Source: Paramaledivibacter caminithermalis DSM 15212
GTDB taxonomy: Bacteria; Bacillota; Clostridia; Peptostreptococcales; Caminicellaceae
DNA length: 24,000 nt
Assembly (NCBI RefSeq): GCF_900142245.1
Contig: NZ_FRAG01000006.1
Location: 2,804 to 26,803 of the forward strand
Direction: 5' to 3'
The notes beneath the pieces were generated by a model. The model did not search any database. It was not told the DNA's origin and saw nothing but the letters and a program-made list of their open reading frames with translations. Position 1 is the stretch's first letter; each line of letters starts with the position of its first letter. The position numbers and the translations under genes are program-made. Below are positions 9,880-15,873 of this stretch, piece after piece.

Positions 9880-10135
9880 AAAAAATAAAAACACCTTCTC
9901 ATCCACAAAGGGACGAAAAGGCATAGCTCGCGGTACCACCCTATTTTTAGTATATAAACAGATAATACTAACACTCTAAAATCTTTAACGGAATATACCG
10001 GCTAAATCTACTTGCTTAGATTTTCAATTTAGCATCTCAGAAGCTACCTTCAGAAGTAATTTACATAGGAAACCTTTCAGCCTACGGATTTCCATCTCTA
10101 GATGTTTTACTTTCCTACTCCTCTTCTTCGTTGAT
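9880..10135 (-). promoter_or_regulatory. T-box riboswitch leader (tRNA-Val predicted) with intrinsic terminator
   Basis: The minus strand shows the expected T-box elements. Stem I has GA/AGTA elements (GAAGAGGAGTAG) and an AG box (CTAGAGATGG). The specifier loop is UGAAGGUAG (codon at 10045-10048) and the F-box is CCGTTA (9986-9991). The T-box motif is AATAGGGTGGTACCGCG (9928-9946). The terminator is GCCUUUUCGUCC...GGAUGAGAAGGUG followed by UUUUUAUUUUUU. Confidence 0.9.
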
Positions 10136-10156
10136 TTTCCTGTATTTTTTGTATTC

Positions 10157-10185
10157 ATTATACATATATAATAGATAAAAGTCAA
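10157..10185 (-). promoter_or_regulatory. Sigma-A type promoter driving the T-box leader
   Basis: Minus strand has TTGACT (10180-10185), an exact 17-nt spacer, then TATAAT (10157-10162), about 20 nt upstream of Stem I. Confidence 0.75.
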
Positions 10186-10241
10186 GATTAACTGAAAATA
10201 AATTCAATAGACTTTACTAAAAACATTAAAGGAATTATGTT

Positions 10242-10769
10242 TCATATTGAAGTGTCTTTTTGTAATTTTCTAAAATATTGCATATATTTAATCAAAGCAA
10301 ATAAAGCAAATATTATTGCAAAGGATATTAATATTATACTATAAGGCATCCCAAAAGCCATATACAATATAGCTATATAAAAAATCACTGTGGCCATCTT
10401 ACCAAATTTGTTTGCTGGAATAACAATTTTATCCTTTTTATAATAAAGAAAAAGTCCCCCAAGAATCATTAAAATTTCCTTTAACCCAACAATTATTATT
10501 ACCCAAATAGGTAAAAAATCTTTGATTGTAAAACATATAAGTACAGTAATTAGCATTAATTTATCAGCAAGAGGATCCATCGCCTGTCCCCATTTTGTAA
10601 TTAAATTATATTTTCTAGCTATATAACCATCTAAAACATCTGTAATACCTGCTAAAATAAATATATATGTCGCATAAATAATATTGCTTTCTCCTTCATG
10701 AAAAAATATATAAATAAATAAAGGTACTAATAGAAACCTTATAGTGGTTAAAATATTTGGTAGATTCAT
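10242..10769 (-). CDS. pgsA: CDP-diacylglycerol--glycerol-3-phosphate 3-phosphatidyltransferase
   Basis: CDP-alcohol phosphatidyltransferase motif DVLDGYIARKYNLITKWGQAMDPLADKL. Four or more TM helices, 175 aa. Confidence 0.9.
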   Translation of the reverse strand: MNLPNILTTIRFLLVPLFIYIFFHEGESNIIYATYIFILAGITDVLDGYIARKYNLITKWGQAMDPLADKLMLITVLICFTIKDFLPIWVIIIVGLKEILMILGGLFLYYKKDKIVIPANKFGKMATVIFYIAILYMAFGMPYSIILISFAIIFALFALIKYMQYFRKLQKDTSI

Positions 10770-10921
10770 ATTTTTCTCCCCATGATTATTTTTTCATATG
10801 TTTGTTGATTTAATTTCAACATTACACCTAATATTATATGATATAAATACTAATATGTACATATTTTATCAATAACTATTACTAGAAGTTAATTTTACTT
10901 TATCACAGCTATATAATTCTC

Positions 10922-11275
10922 TTACTTAATTAACCTAAGTGAATATCTTCTTTCCAGATAAAGAATAAGCTCTTTAACCATATCATAATAATTTTTATTA
11001 AGCACACTCCAATTCCTATGATAATTTGCAAAAATATATCTTTTTACACTTAAAGAAGGTATATATGGATTACCTAAAAAATCCGTTTGATCCTTATACA
11101 AGCATAACCTTGTTATTCTACCTTTCCCTACAGTTAAATCATCTGGATTAATACCATTATCTACTGCATCCTTATGTACCAATGCAAACCATGCATAATT
11201 GTCTATAGCACCTTTAATGTATCCATATTTATTACAATTCTTATCAATTTTTATATCATAATTATAATCAGACAT
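10922..11275 (-). CDS. Hypothetical protein (117 aa), family not recognised
   Basis: Clean ORF with a GGAGGGG SD 5 nt upstream of the ATG. Soluble, no motif I can name. Confidence 0.55.
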   Translation of the reverse strand: MSDYNYDIKIDKNCNKYGYIKGAIDNYAWFALVHKDAVDNGINPDDLTVGKGRITRLCLYKDQTDFLGNPYIPSLSVKRYIFANYHRNWSVLNKNYYDMVKELILYLERRYSLRLIK

Positions 11276-11410
11276 TAAAACCCCTCCAAAATGTCTTTAC
11301 TAAAATGTCTATGAAATCCTTATATATAATATTCTTCTCTTTAACTAAAAGCTTATTCATTAAAAATATTTGAATACTATATACTTTCTTAGATTTTTTT
11401 TGAATTATAT

Positions 11411-11443
11411 AAACAAAAAAAGAGCAAGTGATTAGCCTACTCT
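11411..11443 (-). terminator. Rho-independent terminator at the end of the agr-like operon
   Basis: Minus strand reads AGAGUAGG-CUAAUCA-CUUGCUCU (8 bp including 2 G-U pairs) followed by UUUUUUUGUUU. Confidence 0.6.
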
Positions 11444-11465
11444 TTCTCCTATATTATACAATTTT

Positions 11466-11509
11466 GCACATAAAACGTGATGAAATCTCCTTCATCACGT
11501 TTTATGTGC
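11466..11509 (-). other. Perfect 19-bp stem / 6-nt loop hairpin spanning the agrB stop codon
   Basis: GCACATAAAACGTGATGAA-atctcc-TTCATCACGTTTTATGTGC with no mismatch. The agrB TAA (11502-11504) lies in the 5' arm on the minus strand. No U-tract follows (AAAAUUG). Confidence 0.6.
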
Positions 11510-12077
11510 CGAATAATAAATTGACAAACCCAAATATTGTAGCTAAAGTCATCATATCACTAATTTCTTGAAATCCAAATAAATATATGATTATATTAAT
11601 AGTAAATATTATTTTGATAGCCTTTAAGCCATTAGTTTTAAAATAACTTTTTTCTTCCTTAGATAGTCTTTTATTTATGTTATCTATAGTCCCAATTTTT
11701 ATCCCTATTATATAACTTATCATATAGACTAATAGTAATAAAAAGATATTAAAGTCAATATGATATCTTACAAATAAAGCAATCATAGGAACTACTATGC
11801 TTAACATGAGACATATCATACTGTTTTTTGTATGATATCCTCCAAAATATCTTCTTATAAATATAAATGTAACTGTATAAACCACTACCGATGAAAAAGC
11901 AGCCAATTTAGGAATTAATATATTTAGAAGCATTGAAATTACGAATAAACTAACAATCCATATTAGATAATTCATTAAAATCTCAACTGAATATATTAAT
12001 ATCTCTTCCCTTTCTCTATCAGATTCACTTATTAAAGCCATGTATTTACCTAGCTTTACAGCAATATTATGTATCAT
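11502..12077 (-). CDS. agrB: AgrB-family membrane endopeptidase (AIP precursor processing)
   Basis: 191 aa and polytopic. The motif RRYFGGYHTKNSMIC has His and Cys 7 residues apart, as for catalytic H77/C84 of S. aureus AgrB. Its ATG overlaps the stop of the upstream regulator (ATGA). Confidence 0.85.
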   Translation of the reverse strand: MIHNIAVKLGKYMALISESDREREEILIYSVEILMNYLIWIVSLFVISMLLNILIPKLAAFSSVVVYTVTFIFIRRYFGGYHTKNSMICLMLSIVVPMIALFVRYHIDFNIFLLLLVYMISYIIGIKIGTIDNINKRLSKEEKSYFKTNGLKAIKIIFTINIIIYLFGFQEISDMMTLATIFGFVNLLFGT

Positions 12078-12793
12078 TTATTGGATACCTTCTTTTCTTC
12101 TATAAGCTCCTTTTCCACCACATCAACAAACTTACTTAGAAATTCTATGTTTTTAGGTCTTGTTACAAAACCTAATTTACCAAAGGAATTATTATCAAGG
12201 TTTTGTATGATGTTATTTAAGGATCGTCTAATAGATGATTTTTTTTCATCATTTTGATTAGAGAGGGTATCATATACCCTGCTTTTAACCTCCTCATCAT
12301 ACAAAAGCACCTTTATCATTTTTTGAAAAAGGGATTTTTGTTTTAGATCGCATCTATTATTTAATATTTCTTCTGTTTTATCATTTACCTTATTATCTCT
12401 GGAGATGTAGATATCTCTTTTTACAATGTTTAAAACCATATTGAGATCTTCAAATCTCATAGGCTTACCGACCTTATAATCGTAGTATTTCATACGCTTA
12501 ATAATTTCACTGTCATGTAGAAACGTTATTAATATAATAATTGGTCTATATTCTTTTAAAAGATATCCTACCAGCTTATCTCCTTCTAAATAAGGCATAA
12601 AATGGTCAGTTATAATGATATCAAAATCGCATGTTTTCAATATTGCTTCTTTTGCCTGATTGGGGTTATAAAAACCTACAGGGATAATGTCCTTATGAAA
12701 TTCTGATATATATTCACATACAATATCTACTTGCTCCTTAAAGTCATCTATTATAGCTGCTTTAATCTTAATATGATCACCCTCCCTTCTCAA
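12074..12793 (-). CDS. Response regulator, Spo0A paralog (REC domain plus Spo0A_C-like DNA-binding domain)
   Basis: The REC domain has all key residues: IIDD, IIITD(HFMPYLEGD), ILIT and GKP. The C-terminal roughly 105 aa aligns by eye to the Spo0A C-domain. SSIRRSLNNIIQNL matches [20 protein letters not shown] matches FGYT, and RPKNIEFLSKFVD matches KPTNSEFIAMVAD. TTG start with an AAGGAG SD 5 nt upstream. Confidence 0.8.
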   Translation of the reverse strand: MRREGDHIKIKAAIIDDFKEQVDIVCEYISEFHKDIIPVGFYNPNQAKEAILKTCDFDIIITDHFMPYLEGDKLVGYLLKEYRPIIILITFLHDSEIIKRMKYYDYKVGKPMRFEDLNMVLNIVKRDIYISRDNKVNDKTEEILNNRCDLKQKSLFQKMIKVLLYDEEVKSRVYDTLSNQNDEKKSSIRRSLNNIIQNLDNNSFGKLGFVTRPKNIEFLSKFVDVVEKELIEEKKVSNK

Positions 12794-12841
12794 TTAATCT
12801 CCTTAAAGCTATTTTCTATTATGCCATAGTCTACTATTTCC

Positions 12842-12973
12842 TTATTTTCTTAATGCTTTAGGTATTTCTGGTTCGCCAAATACAATTGAACATGCATTGC
12901 TTTGAACCATAGTAGATGCAAATGTGATTAAAGCTGGTACCAATGCCAATAATGCTTTGTTAAGCTTTTTCAT
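12842..12973 (-). CDS. agrD: AgrD autoinducing-peptide precursor (43 aa), absent from the ORF track
   Basis: Hand translation gives MKKLNKALLALVPALITFASTMVQSNACSIVFGEPEIPKALRK. It has an amphipathic leader, Cys plus 4 residues (CSIVF), then an E-P-E-I-P-K-x-L tail like DEVEVPKEL of S. aureus AgrD. An AAGGAGGTGA SD lies 6 nt upstream. The start overlaps the upstream gene by 14 nt. Confidence 0.85.
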   Translation of the reverse strand: MKKLNKALLALVPALITFASTMVQSNACSIVFGEPEIPKALRK

Positions 12974-14186
12974 CCTTTGTCACCTCCTTATAGGGTATTT
13001 GTATATCCAATGCAAAGTATCTGTCCTTGATGATTCGATACCTTGCATTTTCGCCGATAAGGGAAAGCTTTATATTCTCCATATTCAAGTCATGCTCAAG
13101 TATTTTTATCAGCCTTCTTTTTTCTAAGTCATTTAATATAATTTTCAGATTAAAGCTTATATATTCCCTTAGCTCTAAAGTTACAATTACATTTTCAAAG
13201 CTTATTTTCCTCAAGGCAGAATATAAAAGTATCTCCAACATAAAATAAAGCTTCTTAAAATCATAGTCTACAAAACCCAGCCTCTCATCTATGTGATAAT
13301 AAAAGTTTTTATTTGATTCCTTCATGCTTTTAAGGATTTCCTCTATCTTTTCAATTTCAATAACATTTAAATATGTCTTCATTAAATTCAAATAATAATA
13401 TATTTCATCTTCTGTGCTATTATATAAAAGGGTCTGAAAGGTGCTTTGGGGACTATTTAATATCTCCTTGTAATTCTCATATAATATGGTTCTACTCAAT
13501 AAAACCATAGTTACTATCATAAACACTATCGTCTCTATGAGGAATATTTGTATATTTATAAATATTTTTCTAGCATCAATATCATATAAGTATATCTTGA
13601 AAAAAATTTCATTATAATTCATACTAAATAAATAACCGCTTAAAAGCAGAGCTACTATAACATGAAAGGTTATCTTCTTCGATTTTGATAATAGATTCCA
13701 TGGTAAAGTCAATAGTTTATTTGATTTTAAATTAAATTTTAAGCATATAAATACTGTTATTATTTGAAAAATCCTAGTGGGAAACGAAAATATAAATCTA
13801 TACTGAAATAGATTACCAGAATATTTAATTTTTAACAAATTAATAATAGGTGTAGAAAAAGTTTCATAAAATATTAAAGCAAATACCGCTAGATATCCAC
13901 CTAATAAAGCTTGTCTAACATTAAGTCTAAAAACAACTTTAAGAATAAGAATATAGTATAATAAAGATATAATACTCATTATTATAAAACTATCTATATT
14001 TTTCCTTATTATGATTAATACTAAAGGAAAAACAATGGAAACCAATAATGTTTTAATTACAAACCTTAAACTAAACTCTTTAGATTTAAAAATATTTCCC
14101 TTGATTAGAATTATTCCTATTAAGCATGTTAATAGAACCTCGGGAGTACCGACAATTATTGCATCAATTAAACTCATATTTTCCAT
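12960..14186 (-). CDS. AgrC-like polytopic membrane sensor paralog 2, kinase motifs not recognisable
   Basis: 6-7 TM helices by eye plus a cytoplasmic domain of about 180 aa. That domain resembles the AgrC/HPK10 DHp+CA layout but lacks the H-box, N-box Asn and G1/G2 glycines. Start trimmed to ATG 14186 (MENMSL) after a GGGGAGAG SD. Confidence 0.65.
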   Translation of the reverse strand: MENMSLIDAIIVGTPEVLLTCLIGIILIKGNIFKSKEFSLRFVIKTLLVSIVFPLVLIIIRKNIDSFIIMSIISLLYYILILKVVFRLNVRQALLGGYLAVFALIFYETFSTPIINLLKIKYSGNLFQYRFIFSFPTRIFQIITVFICLKFNLKSNKLLTLPWNLLSKSKKITFHVIVALLLSGYLFSMNYNEIFFKIYLYDIDARKIFINIQIFLIETIVFMIVTMVLLSRTILYENYKEILNSPQSTFQTLLYNSTEDEIYYYLNLMKTYLNVIEIEKIEEILKSMKESNKNFYYHIDERLGFVDYDFKKLYFMLEILLYSALRKISFENVIVTLELREYISFNLKIILNDLEKRRLIKILEHDLNMENIKLSLIGENARYRIIKDRYFALDIQIPYKEVTKDEKA

Positions 14187-14279
14187 AGGTCTCTCCCCAA
14201 TCCTCATAGGTTTATGTCAATATATTCATTGATATATTCTATAAAAATTATTAAATCTTTACTATACATTTTTGGGGAA

Positions 14280-15509
14280 TTAATTTTTTATATGTTTTTC
14301 CAAATCATTATATGGTACACATATTTCCAACTCAAAATATTTATCTTTATTAATCCGATATTCTGCACCTTCCTCTACAATGGAAAACTTTAAATTCTCC
14401 ATATCTAAGTCTTGTTCAATTATCTTCAATAACTTTCTTCTTTCTATATCATTCAATATTATTTTTAAGTTAAATCCTATATTATCCTTTAATTCCAAAG
14501 TAATTATTGTATTCTCAAAGGTAACTTGTCCTAATACCTTATCTTTAAACATTTCCAATAAAAAATATATTTTTTTAAAATTATACCCTGTCATCTCTAA
14601 GCTTTTATCAATATGGTAATAAATATTTTTATTGGCTGCCTTCATTTTTTTTAGTAATTCTTCTACCATATCAATACCTATGACATTAAGGTAATCCTTA
14701 GTTAGACTTAAATAATAATATATTTCTTTTTCCGTACTGTTATATAATAATCTTTCAAAGGCCTTCCTTGGACTGCTTAGTATATCCCTATATTCTTCAT
14801 ACTGGATGGTTCTGCTCAATAAAATAATTATTACTATCATAAATGCAATAGTTTCTATAAAAAATATTTGTATATTAAAAAATATTTCTTTGACATCGAT
14901 ATTGTATAAGTCTATCTTCATATAAGTCTCAGTGTAGTTGGCACTGAATAAATAGGTACTAACAATTAATAGTACTATGGAATAGAATGTCTTTTTCTTT
15001 GACTTTGACAATAACCTCCACTGAATATTTAAAATTTCACTTGATTTTAGGTTGAATACTAAGCATATGAATAATGCAACTATTTGAAATATCCTAGTAG
15101 GTATGGTAAATAAAAATCTATAATCAAAGTAATAGCCACTATATTTTATCCTCATCAAATTCACTATTGGAGTAGACAAGGTCTCACAAAACAATATAAT
15201 AAGCATTACTAAATAACCACATATTAAAGCCTGTCTATAATTAAATTGAAAAACAAATCTTAAAGTAGCAATTATAAATAACATGGATATACATCCTATT
15301 GCTATAAAACTATTTATATTTTTTCTAATGATAATTAGAAGTAAGGAATAGATAGTGGAAGTCAATAATATTTTTAATATAAGTTTTAGATTATAATCTT
15401 TAGACACAAATATATTTCCATTTATTAAAACAATACTTGTTAAATAGACTAAGAAAACCTCAGGAATACCTACAACTATTACATCCAGTAACTTTACATT
15501 ATCTTCCAT
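14280..15509 (-). CDS. AgrC-like polytopic membrane sensor paralog 1, kinase motifs not recognisable
   Basis: Roughly half the residues are identical to the 12960..14186 product over the full length, with the same architecture. Start trimmed to ATG 15509 (MEDNVKL) after a GGGGGAAG SD. The track start at 15590 adds 27 residues with no SD. Confidence 0.65.
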   Translation of the reverse strand: MEDNVKLLDVIVVGIPEVFLVYLTSIVLINGNIFVSKDYNLKLILKILLTSTIYSLLLIIIRKNINSFIAIGCISMLFIIATLRFVFQFNYRQALICGYLVMLIILFCETLSTPIVNLMRIKYSGYYFDYRFLFTIPTRIFQIVALFICLVFNLKSSEILNIQWRLLSKSKKKTFYSIVLLIVSTYLFSANYTETYMKIDLYNIDVKEIFFNIQIFFIETIAFMIVIIILLSRTIQYEEYRDILSSPRKAFERLLYNSTEKEIYYYLSLTKDYLNVIGIDMVEELLKKMKAANKNIYYHIDKSLEMTGYNFKKIYFLLEMFKDKVLGQVTFENTIITLELKDNIGFNLKIILNDIERRKLLKIIEQDLDMENLKFSIVEEGAEYRINKDKYFELEICVPYNDLEKHIKN

Positions 15510-15673
15510 AGGTCTTCCCCCAATATTCATTCTTATATACTTATATTTTACAAAAAAATGTAATTTCCCACAAGATGTTTTCTTCGACATTATTTTACAT
15601 TTTTCACGTCCTTGTTATATCAAGCCTTTCACGATTTAATAATATGCTATAGGAATTTAAGTAAAGATTTTAA

Positions 15674-15761
15674 TTTATACATATCCAAAATGGTCAAAAA
15701 CATTGCATGTTTATACATATCAAAATATCCAGAGCTTTTAAGGATTTTTGATGTGTATAAA
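15674..15761. repeat. Three copies of an 18-20 nt motif TTTATACAYATC(C)AAAAT (two direct, one inverted) upstream of the agr-like operon
   Basis: Copy 1 at 15674-15693 is tttatacatatccaaaatgg. Copy 2 at 15710-15730 is tttatacatatcaaaatatcc. Copy 3 at 15741-15761, read on the minus strand, is tttatacacatcaaaaatcct. Copies 2 and 3 form an inverted repeat around a 10-nt centre. Confidence 0.7.
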
Positions 15762-15844
15762 TTAACTGTTTTACTGGAATATCTATATATAAAAGAATTA
15801 TTATTATCTGTAAATAGGGTATTAATGCTAATATATTAAATTTT

Positions 15845-15873
15845 AAACAAAAAAAGAATAGGCCCTTAGCCTA
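15845..15873 (-). terminator. Weak terminator of the small 15866..16012 ORF
   Basis: Minus strand reads UAGGC-UAAGG-GCCUA followed by UUCUUUUUUUGUUU. The stop codon sits in the loop. Confidence 0.4.

Noticed and set aside
10045-10048. Reading the T-box specifier as GGU (Gly) because it is followed by the canonical A
   Set aside because: The T-box bulge UGGU predicts discriminator A73, which matches tRNA-Val and not tRNA-Gly. The regulated operon also contains valS. This is not fully excluded without a covariance-model alignment.
11469-11510. Mini-ORF MKEISSRFMCKIV (13 aa, contains a Cys) readable inside the hairpin downstream of agrB, considered as a second AIP-like peptide
   Set aside because: It has no leader and no C-terminal AgrB recognition tail, and the Cys is only 3 residues from the end. 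The ORF is formed entirely by the two arms of a perfect palindrome, so the coding appearance is probably incidental.
14187-14279. Search for a second agrD-like ORF between the two sensor paralogs, by analogy with agrD after paralog 2
   Set aside because: The only ORF is a 21-codon one (MYSKDLIIFIEYINEYIDINL), with no SD, no Cys and no charged EP-type tail.
15612-15839. 75-aa plus-strand ORF in the spacer upstream of the agr-like operon
   Set aside because: It has a non-ATG start and no SD. Its composition looks like translated AT-rich intergenic DNA, and it spans the three-copy motif, which is better explained as regulatory DNA.
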